A stretch of DNA of 64,000 bases, taken from positions 19,158,001 through 19,222,000 of the forward strand of contig OZ281497.1 of assembly GCA_965637545.1 (NCBI GenBank), given 5' to 3'. The translations under genes and the position numbers were made by a program. Positions within the stretch are counted from its first letter, which is position 1; the number at the start of each line of letters is the position of its first letter. The notes below the pieces were generated by a model. That model did no database searches. It was not told where the DNA came from and saw only the letters and a program-made list of their open reading frames with translations. Positions 1-10,613 of the stretch are shown here, piece by piece. This stretch comes from Phallusia mammillata (lineage: Eukaryota).

Positions 1-2
1 CT

Positions 3-1157
3 CTCTCGCCCGAAAAGCAAATCTACGACAGCGTTTCACCCTACTACAACGTGTGTACCAACGAACTCCCTCCATACACAGGAAAACATCACGGAGTCAC
101 GATGTCTTACTACGTCAGCAGCGATGGGAACAGTGACGGCGAAGGACCTGCATGTTACTTGACCCATGACGATGACAGCGGTTCCGAAGGTTTTGCCGAT
201 GCCGGTTTGGAGTTCAGCCAAATGTTCACGTCAGCCCTTGGTCAGCATCCCAAACTACAGCACAGCAAATCGGCGCCCGTGCCAGTTCTGAATCACCCAG
301 CGTTTGCAAACAACTTTATGTCTCAATCCGTAACAGCATCCACCAAGCAACTGTGCAAGGCAGCGGCTCACGTTGCCCAGACACGGAGAAGCACTGCCTC
401 TAGTGGCGAGATTCCATCCGACTGCACCGATAAATCTAAATCGTCGTCGCGTACAAGGACCGGCTCGCAGAGGGAAAATGTGAGCACCGACTCGATGAGC
501 GGACAAACAGTGATTACCCATACCAACGAAAACTGCCAACAAGTCGAAATGCCCCACCCTAAACCGTTCCCTCGACACAAGGCGCGCAGATCGTCGGAAC
601 AGATCAAACAGCCTATACTTCGACCCGCAGCTCCTAACAGGTCTCAGTCCTACACGGAAGGCCAAGTCGCTTGCAAAACTGCAATGGACGAGTCCCTAAC
701 CGGATCAAACGGTGACGTGAGTTCGGAATGGAAGGTACGAGTTCGCAACGACGGCACTCGTTACATTACGAAGCGACCCGTCCGAGAGCGCTTGCTTAAG
801 GAGCGAGAGCAACGCTTGCTGGCCGAACGTTGCGGCATTACTACAGACGACGACGCTGCAACAGAACTCAAGCTTGGTCGCCACTGGACCCGCGACGAAC
901 GCAAACGTCACATGCGCATCGCTCGCGAAAAGCGTCGACGGAAGGATTTCATGCAGCGATGCCGCTTGGAGGCGCTAAACGAAAACGCTCCCGCTGACGG
1001 TGAAATCGTTGAACTTAGCCACAAGAAAATGACCCGCAGAAAGCACAAACGTATGTTGCTGGACAACTTCGTAACCGTGCAAGAAATTCTGGCCCATGGC
1101 GACAGAACAACCAGTGCAAATAAAGTGAACCCCTTATTAAGCGTCACCTACATTTGA
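3..1157 (+). CDS. PDZRN3: Terminal coding exon of a PDZRN3/PDZRN4/PDZD4 (LNX3/4, Slip1) family protein; 5' part lies outside the window
   Basis: Frame is open from base 3 to TGA at 1155-1157. It contains the family's C-terminal block EWKVRVRNDGTRYITKRPVRERLLKERE...GITTDDDAATELKLGRHWTRDERKRH...ELSHKKMTRRKHKRMLLDNFVTVQEILAHG and ends in a PDZ-binding-type tail LLSVTYI. The exact vertebrate paralog cannot be assigned. Confidence 0.9.
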   Translation, partial: LSPEKQIYDSVSPYYNVCTNELPPYTGKHHGVTMSYYVSSDGNSDGEGPACYLTHDDDSGSEGFADAGLEFSQMFTSALGQHPKLQHSKSAPVPVLNHPAFANNFMSQSVTASTKQLCKAAAHVAQTRRSTASSGEIPSDCTDKSKSSSRTRTGSQRENVSTDSMSGQTVITHTNENCQQVEMPHPKPFPRHKARRSSEQIKQPILRPAAPNRSQSYTEGQVACKTAMDESLTGSNGDVSSEWKVRVRNDGTRYITKRPVRERLLKEREQRLLAERCGITTDDDAATELKLGRHWTRDERKRHMRIAREKRRRKDFMQRCRLEALNENAPADGEIVELSHKKMTRRKHKRMLLDNFVTVQEILAHGDRTTSANKVNPLLSVTYI

Positions 1158-2214
1158 AAGGGAAATACGTTTAGGCACCCATTGTGTTTGGGCGACTTGG
1201 ACGCATGTGTTAAGATGGAACCACAGGCGACCAAACAGCAGAGCAGTTCTGGTCTACCAGCTACAAAGTTCCAGCATATCGTTAAAGGCGAGATGTTTCA
1301 TCGGTACACACTGTACTTCACTTATCTTGGTTCTCCAGCCGCGCGCATGCATGTGCAAATGTCGTAGTAAAAATGCTTTTCATTCAGCTTGGAAAAACTG
1401 CTTATTTATTTTCTCACTTGCTTATAGCCATAAGGTTTTTTTGCATTGATAGATTTACAGTATACACGTTGAGCACAATGTGCCTTTACACACTAAGGCC
1501 TATGCTTTATGAGTAGACTAGGCAGTTGTTTTTGCTTCCCTATTTCTGTTCTGTTTTGCTTTCTGACAAGTCGAGTTTTATTACTATTTCTTTCCTTTCA
1601 GTTTTGCGTTATTTCACCCTTCTCCGCAATGTCTTTACCAAAATAATCTTGTATTTGTGTTTTCTTTTGCTGTTTCCCTAATACAGAAATGTTCAATAGA
1701 AGAAACAATACATTTTTTGTTTCATTTTGTCAGCAGGTATAAGAGTTTTCAAGTTGAGATGACTAGTTTAATGCGAAAGGATGTTTTTCTGTAAGAAATA
1801 GAAATCGAATAGACCCAACTATCTTTCAAAATTACAACACAAAAGCTTTCTCGAAATCAAAACAAATTTACGGTACTTGAAAGTCAATTACTTAAACCCT
1901 AATCTCAACCCAAACAATTGCATCTATATGTGGTAGAATCCTCATCCCTGGCGTGACCTCGAAGCGTAATGGATTCTACTCCTTTTCAACTAATACTCAT
2001 ATTTAAATTTATTTTGCGATGTTATCCAGATTCCAGGAATAAAGTTATTTTTTTTAAAAGAACTACAAAATTGTTTCAACAAAATATTTCCCAAATACAA
2101 CAGGTTTAACAAATAATCAACACTGACCAACTGAAAACAGAACAGAATCCGTTTCACAAACTAGCATGATCAGTTACTAACATGCATACTTTGCGGCACG
2201 TGTAAAGTAGAATG

Positions 2215-2704
2215 CAGGGAGTCGAACCGCTTTTCATATGGGTTCAGGTTCGGTTCGGGTTCGGTTCCGGTTTTTAAAAGTGTATATTTTCGGGTTCGGG
2301 TTTTGTTCCGGTTCGGATAAATTATCCGGTCCGAACCGGTTTGCGGTTTTTAAACCGGTTAAATTTTTTTTCGTTTCAATTTAATTGTACCCATCATCTA
2401 CCTGGCCTTATCAAACTCCAAAATAATTTTGCCCGTGCACTGTTATTTTTAACACGCCATATAAGTGTTATGTCGCTTATTTTTCAGTGCGTTGTTTTGA
2501 AAAAAGTCGCAAAATATAAAACAGACTGCATTTTTTACTGGTTCGTTTCCGGTTCGGGTCCAATGCCAAACAAAATATGGGGTTCAACTCCGGTTCGGGT
2601 TTTAAAAAAATCGTAATTAGCGGTTCGGGTTCGGTTCGGGTTTAAACAAATTAACCGCTCAAACCGGTTCGCGGGTTCGGGTTCAGTTCCGGTTCGACTC
2701 CCTG
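2215..2704. mobile_element. Non-autonomous hAT MITE, 490 bp
   Basis: Perfect 15-bp TIRs CAGGGAGTCGAACCG / CGGTTCGACTCCCTG; perfect 8-bp TSD GTAGAATG (2207-2214, 2705-2712); many subterminal GGTTC(G/A)GG repeats near both ends; no ORF. Confidence 0.92.
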
Positions 2705-2796
2705 GTAGAATGACAGTATTATTTCAACATCAGTTAATCGCACAACTTACACGTTTATGACGTCACAGTCGAATATGTTTAATGTATGTTTTAGTC

Positions 2797-3196
2797 CAGT
2801 GGTTCTCAAACTGGGGTACGCGTACCACTAGTCGGTGGAATTGTCCGGTGGTACGCGAGTAGGATTCTGCTACACCCGGTGGTGAGGTTCAATTTTTTTT
2901 GTCAGCCGGTTCTATCACAAAAGTCATATTTTTCAGCCGGTTCTGCTGTAAAAAGTCCATTTACAGTAACCAGTAATGCTAACCGGTTCGCTGATCTCAT
3001 AAAATTTCGTGAGACGATTCTATAGGACCGGCCGAATCCCACCACTGGCTACACCTAATTTAAGTCCGATTTAAAATTGCATCTCAACTGACCCAATCAT
3101 CCCCGCTTTGGGCGAAACTCGTGTTTTGGACCTTCTTTTGAAATCGCTAAATGAGCTAGCCAGGTTGAGAAAGTAGGCCTATTTCTTGGTCTATTT
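2797..3196. mobile_element. hAT (Buster/Charlie-type) MITE, right end lost, interrupted by a second MITE
   Basis: Starts CAGTGGTTCTCAAACT. Body aligns by eye with the complete copy at 32388-32653 (shared cctaatttaagtc...aaaattgca.ctcaa.tgacccaa...gctagccaggttgagaaag...tttcttggtctat). Confidence 0.8.
2877..3047. mobile_element. Nested hAT MITE, 171 bp
   Basis: TIRs CGGTGGTGAGGTTC / GAATCCCACCACTG (11/14); perfect TSD GCTACACC (2869-2876, 3048-3055); absent at the equivalent site of the 32388 copy. Confidence 0.85.
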
Positions 3197-3637
3197 CAGT
3201 GTTTCTTAACCTTTTTCGGATCACGAACCCCTAAAACATTCTCCCTTTGCGAGAAACACATTGCAAATGTCGAAATTAGGTTTTAATCAACATAGCCATG
3301 GTAAGAAGAGCTGAAAATCCCGCCTCACAGAGATAGGTTGTAGCAAACGGCATAAAAGCAGCGATGGTCCTCTTTTTAACAGGATACACAGCAAAACGCA
3401 CTAAAATGCCAGACTTACAATAGTAGAGTAGCCGTTATATATTATTGCATCACAAACGCGGTTTTGTTGCTCAAACTACTCGAAGTGCATGTTTGGCTGC
3501 CGTTGTGGCCTGATAAGTGGAAACCTCATGGACAGAGGAAAATACATGGATTTTTGGAATAATTGCATTTCGTTTCACGGACCCCTTAATGCATCTTATC
3601 GGACCCCTTGGGGGTTCATGGACCCCAGGTTAAGAAC
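3197..3637. mobile_element. hAT MITE with damaged right end
   Basis: Left end CAGTGTTTCTTAACC; right end ...gaccccaGGTTAAGAAC with the last bases missing; termini resemble the element at 56649-56865. Confidence 0.65.
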
Positions 3638-3823
3638 AAAAGTTCAACTGTAGAAATTGGGCTGTCAATGGGTTTGCCCAAAATTTATGTTTGGTAGAAA
3701 GACTCTGGGTTTTCCAATACCGAATACAACGCACAAAACAATTTATAATTTATTACTGCATTTTTTACTACTTCTGGTAGTTTAAGTGTATTTCGGAAAA
3801 GAACATTCATAATAGTGTTTTTT

Positions 3824-4537
3824 GAAAATTCAGTGTGAAAAACCATTAAATCTGTCGCTATATTTTATTTGTTTTATCAAAACAAATGCATTTCGCTATA
3901 AAAAGCATCATCAGTGTCTAAAAACAAAATAAAAAGCGGGATAAAAGCAAAAAATACAAAAAACACACACCCCCAGACCAACCGCAAAAAGTCTTTCCTC
4001 TGTCTTACAGGACTGCAAATGCAGACCGGCAGGTATGGCGCTGATAAAAACCACGAAAAAAAGGCGAGGAAAAGATAAGGGCGCAAAACGAAAAAAACAA
4101 ACACGATTGTAGCAACAAAGCGATTACAGTTACCGAACAGCCGGAAGGACCATCGCTTGAACATTTATTGTGGCGCCCGTTAAAATTAGCCATTTGTTTT
4201 CACAAACGTCCAATTTTTCAGTGTTCGGTAACTGTAATCGCTTTGTTGCTACAATCGTGTTTGTTTTTTTCGTTTTGCGCCCTTATCTTTTCCTCGCCTT
4301 TTTTTCGTGGTTTTTATCAGCGCCATACCTGCCGGTCTGCATTTGCAGTCCTGTAAGACAGAGGAAATACTTTTTGCGGTTGGTCTGGGGGTGTGTGTGT
4401 TTTGTATTTTTTGCTTTTATCCCGCTTTTTATTTTGTTTTTAGACACTGATGATGCTTTTTATAGCGAAATGCATTTGTTTTGATAAAACAAATAAAATA
4501 TAGCGACAGATTTAGTGGTTTTTCACACTGAATTTTC
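3824..4537. repeat. Long near-perfect inverted repeat (fold-back element): two ~316-bp arms with an 82-bp spacer
   Basis: Arm 3824-4139 is the reverse complement of 4222-4537 apart from a few substitutions or small indels. The ORF track shows mirror-image ORFs (3877..4164 - and 4170..4484 +) with near-identical translation. Confidence 0.95.
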
Positions 4538-5575
4538 TTGATCTGATTTTAATGACCCTGAATCGTCGCAGTCGTTTTACTTGAAAGGAGATTTCAATAA
4601 TAAGAAAAGAATTACTAGTGTTTTTTGATTTCGTTTTGTATCTGGTTGGCAATGACACTTGTTCACCGTTGCTAAAACATTGGAAACTATATCCTAAACG
4701 TCACAGTACATTTGTTCTTGTCACGACACTGTACTGTTCTGGAACAATGCTATGTGTCGCAAGATAGAGAATGAAGAATTGAGAGTGTAAAGTGTATGTG
4801 ATTGTGACTATGTGTACTTGACTTTTGTAAATGTGTTAGTAATATATGTTGATATTGTAGCGATTAATTTAATAACATATCAAGAAAATTAACAAATATT
4901 CAATAAAAAACAGTCTGCAGTTGACAAAAGGCTAATTTAAAACCCCATAAATCAAATTATCAAACCCCATATTTGTAAGACTACTGATCATACTGATGTT
5001 TTAATGGTTAATACATTTTTGAAATGCAACAAAAATATAACACTTGCATAGTTTAAGTCAGGTTTTTGGAGAACACACTTTAAGACTTATTGTACTGCCA
5101 CTACTATAGTATACGCAGTACAGTAATCAGTAAATAAACCAAGAAAATGTTTTTAAACAACTAACTTTTGGGCTGATTGATGGAATAAATTATTCAGAAT
5201 TTGCTGATTACTGTAACATGATCATGTCATTATGTATAGCTGTAATAAAAGGTGATTAATTTTTGCTTAATGCTTTGGCTAAATATAACTATCGCAGATG
5301 TAACATTGATAACCTTTGGAAAGGTAATATCTTTGTTTCAATGGTACCACATAAAACCTACAAATGGTATGGAACAATATTTGTAAATGCAGCTCTGTTT
5401 GCTGGTAGACCACTGTTAAAGATTAACTGCTTGATTGGTATTGATGCAAAAAAGATATTGTTATAAATTTTTAGCCAGTAACCTTTTTATCTGTAGAGTT
5501 TTTGAAAATAAATACCTTTTTAGTTTTGTATGGTTTGTAGCATGTAATTGACAAACCAGTATCTCACATGCCCAA

Positions 5576-7714
5576 ATGTCGGATTCAGAAGACGACGAAA
5601 TTCCTGAAACCAAATTAAAACTGATTGTGGTTGGTGATGGTGCATGTGGAAAGGTAAGTTATTTTTTTGTACGAATCATATTTAGCAATGTGTATTATTT
5701 AATTTTTATTTAACTGGTGGTTTGAAATTGTATGTGTGTTGTATGTATATATAAATGTTAGTGTGAGATTAGTCTCTTTTTATCAATTTAAAATTTGTTA
5801 CAATTTCAGACTTCGATTATAACAAGGTACACCCAAGAACAATTTGGAAAACAATATGACCAAACTGTTGGGATTGATTTTTTCATGCAGAGGCTGACGC
5901 TCCCAGGTATACAAAAATATAATTCTCACACATTTGTTTGAATTATTCTCACACCAATTTAAAACATAGGTGACAGAAATGTTACATTACAAGTTTGGGA
6001 CATTGGAGGACAAACTCTTGGTGGCAGTATGCTGGACAAGTATGTTTATGGGGCACAGGTTAGTATTGTAGCTTATTTCTTTTGTAAATTGTTAAGTATT
6101 CTGTGGCACTAGTGTTGTGTTTTTGTACTATGTACCAATTTTGTGTCATGCATCAAAATTAATACAATACAAGTTATCTTTATTAACCTTAAGTAAACAA
6201 ATAAAGCAAACAACATTTTTTTTGTACATTTTGTACCATCATAGTTCTAATTACCTGTCACATTTTCATTATCTATCTAGGGTGTGCTTTTTGTGTATGA
6301 CATTACAAATTATCAAAGCTTTGAAAATATTGACGACTGGCTGGCAGCTGTCAAGCAAGTTACAAAAGATAAGCCATGTCATTATGCACTTGTTGGAAAC
6401 AAAGGTGAGACATGCAAAACTTTTTACATTTTTCTGCAGTCTCTGTTTTATAATATTCTGATAGTGTGTTAAAATATGAAGAGTTTGGTTACTGTAATGG
6501 GAGAAAACGACAAATGTCAGGTACTAAAATAAACATTTTTCTCAAGGTGATTTGGAGCATATGAGGAGTATAGAAAAAAGCAAACATGATCTGTATGCCC
6601 ATGATCACAACATGTCAAGCCATTTTGTTTGTGCCAAAACAGGAGATTCAGTGAGTGTTTTTGACTGTTTTTACAGAATCTTTGGAGCCTGATAACAAAC
6701 AACAATGTCCATTGCAGGTGTCCCTTGCCTTTAAGCGCATAGCAGCTGATATATTGAAAATTAAGTTGTCAAAAGCAGAGCAAGATGGAACACATGTAAG
6801 TGATTGCGTGACACTAAATTTATAGTGTTGGCATGTACGAATGCCCATCAGTTTGGTTGTTTTCCATAAAAGGGATACATACTCTTGAGAAATTTATTCT
6901 ACCTAAAGTGGCTTTTTTAGTAGCTTTAATCAAAGCAAATTTCCCACTTTGGGCCAGGTACAACAGGTTCACAAATAGTCTGCTCTTCATGATATAGAAC
7001 AGTGACCTTACACATGAAGAAATGTTCTTCTAGACCAGTAATTCCCGAATTGGAGTTCGCAGGGGTTTATGGAGACAAACGTTGTATAGAACAGTATTCT
7101 TAAGTTTTCTAACTGTTTTTATCCAATCCTGCATATGAATGCGAACTGTTTATCACACCTTTAGGCCAAAAACAAATCATTTTTTACGATTGTTAACCCC
7201 TAATATGACATTATAGCACATAGGGACAATAGGGCAAGGCGTTTGTGAAGTTTTATTCACCAGAAAACTTATCACTTTGTTACATTGACTGCTACAGTAG
7301 AAACTTCATTGAGAGTAAAGGACTGTTAAGGTGGATTAAAATGCCCAAAAAGCTAAAGTACAATATCGATTACACATCACTGTTTTACATTTACTGCCGA
7401 CTGTGATGACACAGAAAAGCCACAATGCTTTCTATGTGGAAACATTCTTGCTAACAGTAGCATTTAACCTGCCAAATTAAAAGACTTGTGTTGAATTGTT
7501 GGGGTCCACAGACTTAAAAAAGGGACCCTACAAAAAGATTGGCAACCACTGCACTGGACAGACTGGTGTTATAAGTTGCTTATCCCAGGACACAATGCTT
7601 TTTTTCTATTTACAGAAAGTTGTAACAGCTGTATTAGAAAATTCCCATCGACCGAAACCAACACCACAAATGCGAAAAAGGAAAACCAAGAGTTCTGTAT
7701 GTTCAGTGCAATGA
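5576..7714 (+). CDS. RAB28: Ras-related small GTPase Rab28, 7 exons, 222 aa
   Basis: Exons 5576-5653, 5810-5906, 5970-6058, 6281-6404, 6547-6650, 6718-6795, 7616-7714 (all GT-AG, frame preserved). Motifs [57 protein letters not shown]; C-terminal CaaX CSVQ. Confidence 0.95.
7036..7551. mobile_element. Degenerate hAT MITE in RAB28 intron 6
   Basis: Left CAGTAATTCCCGAATT and right AAGATTGGCAACCACTG resemble Buster-type TIRs; TSD not convincing (ttctagac vs cactggac). Confidence 0.35.
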
Positions 7715-8606
7715 CCAGTGCTGTTTCAGACATTGTACAGCCTTGCTACCTCTGCCTCTTCAACACAACAAAAATGGACCAATAAATATGTTTTCAGTTT
7801 TTGCACTTACTGCGGTTTTTATTTAATCTTAATGTTAAGTTTCATCGTCTCTGTGGATAGTTGCAAATTGTGTTTTTGTTGCATGAATGTGCACCAAAGC
7901 AGATGCAAAAAATGATGCAAAGACAAATTTTTGATTGTTGTTTTCCGGTGCTTTTTAAACATGTTGTTTTTTATTGTTGTGCATATCTTACACAAAAATG
8001 TGTTGGACCAATCAGATACCCAGTTACTTAGACATGTCTGACATTGTAGCAAGGTAAACTGTTAACATTAATACAGATTTTCTATGGTAGGTACAACTGC
8101 CAGTGATTTTTTGTTGTGTATTTTCAACTGTTTCATATATCTGTAATACACTGTTTTGTTACTTATTATTGCTTGTTTAAAACAACAGTCATACCTTTGT
8201 AGTAAATTACTGGTTTGAAAGTAAAGACATACAAAAAATGCTGGTAGAAGTGTCATCGAATCATCAAGAACCATATTTTGACAATTTTTGTGGTAGTGCA
8301 CCGAAACAACCATCAACGGGATGACCTATTCTATAAACGCAATCCTTGCAACTAATGAAACTTGTGAAAATGGCAGCAGTTACTTGGGGCTTGGACTTAA
8401 TACTCTCAAATGCGCTGTTCAGTAACAGCCCCGACAATGTGGACAAAATACAGTGATATCAGTTGAGTTGAGATATGGAGAACCCTTGAGCTTAATATTC
8501 TCACGTGTGTTGAGGGTGGTACTAAAACTGTATGGTACCGCAGGTTCTTATCAGCCCGAAAAGGACGTCGAAGATTGAATTATAATGTTCTTGCTATTAC
8601 AAACCT

Positions 8607-8808
8607 TTCACCCCTACCCTAATAGCCCCAATCGTCAACGTTTTCAAATGTTTTATTAGTAGTTTGTGTCGATTGCCTACTATGTTTAGATTGTATATTT
8701 TAGAGGAGCCTGTACCCCCATGTTAAGTCGTGTTTTAATGGATATTAATATACTTCGTGCGAAAATGGTAGTTTGACGGACTTGGAGCTATTCGGGTTAG
8801 GGTGAGAA
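8607..8808. mobile_element. Small degenerate MITE-like element with ~30-bp imperfect inverted ends
   Basis: TCACCCCTACCCTAATAGCCCCAA-TCGTCAA (8607 onward) versus the reverse complement of TTGACGGACTTGGAGCTATTCGGGTTAGGGTGA (about 20/24 in the core); no TSD found. Confidence 0.4.
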
Positions 8809-9372
8809 TTTACAAGTAAAAATTTGAAAAACACTTCACATTCCACAAACTATGCCAAATGTTATCGGGTATCGTGCAAGTAATATGAGGCATCATGCAG
8901 TGAAAGTATTTAGTACCTTGCCGTTAGCCATGCGTATCCACTATCCAGAGTGCGCACACATGGAACGGTTGGAACCTGATTGTGCACAATGATACTATAC
9001 AATATATCATTTGTTTAATAGTATCATTGGTGTGCAGTTGTGCACGTTTGTTTGCAAATCCAAAACAAGAATAAAATACAGTAATAGACAAATTTAGGAG
9101 GTTGTTTTCCGCCATCCCATGGTGATCGCAGGTTGAGCTATGGCAGTTGGACAAAATTTGGGACTTATGCAAACGGAATAATGCTAAAAAATTGTGGTAC
9201 TGTAAACGTAAGCCGAAAGACCGTAATAAAGTTAACATTAATTAGTGTTTAATTGTGCCTGGTCTGCAAAAACAAATTGTTTCTAACTTTTGCGATATTA
9301 TTGTGGTAAGACAACCATTCCAAGACTGCAATTTTGCAACTTATAACATGTAACTTTACTTTTAGATTAGTC

Positions 9373-10491
9373 ATGCAAAAACACATAAAACAGAAAGTCT
9401 TTAAATATGTGCAAGGTGGTTACTTAATGAAGCTTAAACATTGTTTGGAGACGCACAAAAAGAAAGATGATAACTTTCACCTAGATTTTGTGACTGGCGA
9501 TTTGAGACGAACTCCTCTACATGTTGCTTGTTTACTTGGAGATGATGCCATAGTGCGATGTTTGTTGTATTTTGGTAGTAATGCACAGATACAGGATGCT
9601 AACAGAGATACCCCAATGCACCTGGCAGCAAGGTGCATTCATGAAAATAGCACTTATACTGATCGGAAGCTGTTGATTGATCCATTGTTCCGAGAATATC
9701 CAGATGCGATGAAACTAATCAACAAATGGGGAGAGACTCCCAAAGACACACTCAAAAAAGCAAAGGAAAGTTTTAAGAGCATGCAAGACTTTGAAAGCAT
9801 GGCTGCAGGAGAAGAGGTGGGGAGTTGTTATAGGGATTCTGAAGAATCATCGACAAGTACGACTTGGCACGAAAAACTGACAAATGAATGGGCTGATGAT
9901 TGTGCTGATATTGGGTTTGCAGCAAAGTTTGTGGCAACTGGTGACATAAGTGAGGACATTCCTGAATATCAAACATTTGATGAGTGGGCTGACAGAATAG
10001 CAGAGGAATACAAGCGCAGACACTTGTCTTCGGCTGAAAAATACAAAAGAAGAAAAGAAATAAACATGAAACGGAAACGGGAAGAAACAAGGGATATGAA
10101 GGAGCGATTTGAAAAAGAACAGGAAGTATACAGAAAGAGGATGGCTTTGAAAAAAGTTGAATTGCTTGAATCTAAGCATCAAAGATATCAAGAAAAAATG
10201 GGTGAACACAAATCAAGTTCTGCAAAAGATTCCAAACTCTCATTTCGGGATATTCCTTGGCCATGTCGGGGTTCTGTAAAAGATATGGTTGAAGTGATTT
10301 TGACCGGGATGCCACCAAGTTCTGATCAAAAGGACAAGCGTAAATTTATTTTAAGGCAACAGATGTTATGGCATCCAGACAAATTTGTTCAACGCTGTCG
10401 GGATAGACTTGATGAAAAAGACAAGGAAGTTGTTCTGGAAACGGTCAAAGCTCTTTCCCAGGAACTAAATAATTTGTTGAATCAAGATTAA
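9373..10491 (+). CDS. NFKBIL1: NF-kappa-B inhibitor-like protein 1, single coding exon, 372 aa
   Basis: ATG at 9373 just after splice acceptors (tttag/attag). Ankyrin repeats (RTPLHVACLLGD...DANRDTPMHLAA), charged coiled region, DIPWP motif and C-terminal QMLWHPDKFVQR...V.E.VKALSQELN typical of NFKBIL1. Confidence 0.9.
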   Translation: MQKHIKQKVFKYVQGGYLMKLKHCLETHKKKDDNFHLDFVTGDLRRTPLHVACLLGDDAIVRCLLYFGSNAQIQDANRDTPMHLAARCIHENSTYTDRKLLIDPLFREYPDAMKLINKWGETPKDTLKKAKESFKSMQDFESMAAGEEVGSCYRDSEESSTSTTWHEKLTNEWADDCADIGFAAKFVATGDISEDIPEYQTFDEWADRIAEEYKRRHLSSAEKYKRRKEINMKRKREETRDMKERFEKEQEVYRKRMALKKVELLESKHQRYQEKMGEHKSSSAKDSKLSFRDIPWPCRGSVKDMVEVILTGMPPSSDQKDKRKFILRQQMLWHPDKFVQRCRDRLDEKDKEVVLETVKALSQELNNLLNQD

Positions 10492-10613
10492 TTACATTGT
10501 CTACATATAAAAAATTGTAATATTGGATTTCTTCTTTCCTTAGGTCATTGTTGGTGAACTTAACATGTCGATTTCTTTCACTTAGCAGGTTTGCTGCTGC
10601 AATATAGGGTAAA

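Noticed and set aside
3877-4484. Mirror-image hydrophobic ORFs of 95-104 aa on opposite strands
   Set aside because: Products of the T-rich fold-back arms; no coding signal.
4645-4678. Possible RFX X-box half sites upstream of the ciliary gene RAB28 (GTTGGCAATGAC, GTTGCTAAAAC)
   Set aside because: Neither matches the full X-box consensus, and such half sites are common by chance.
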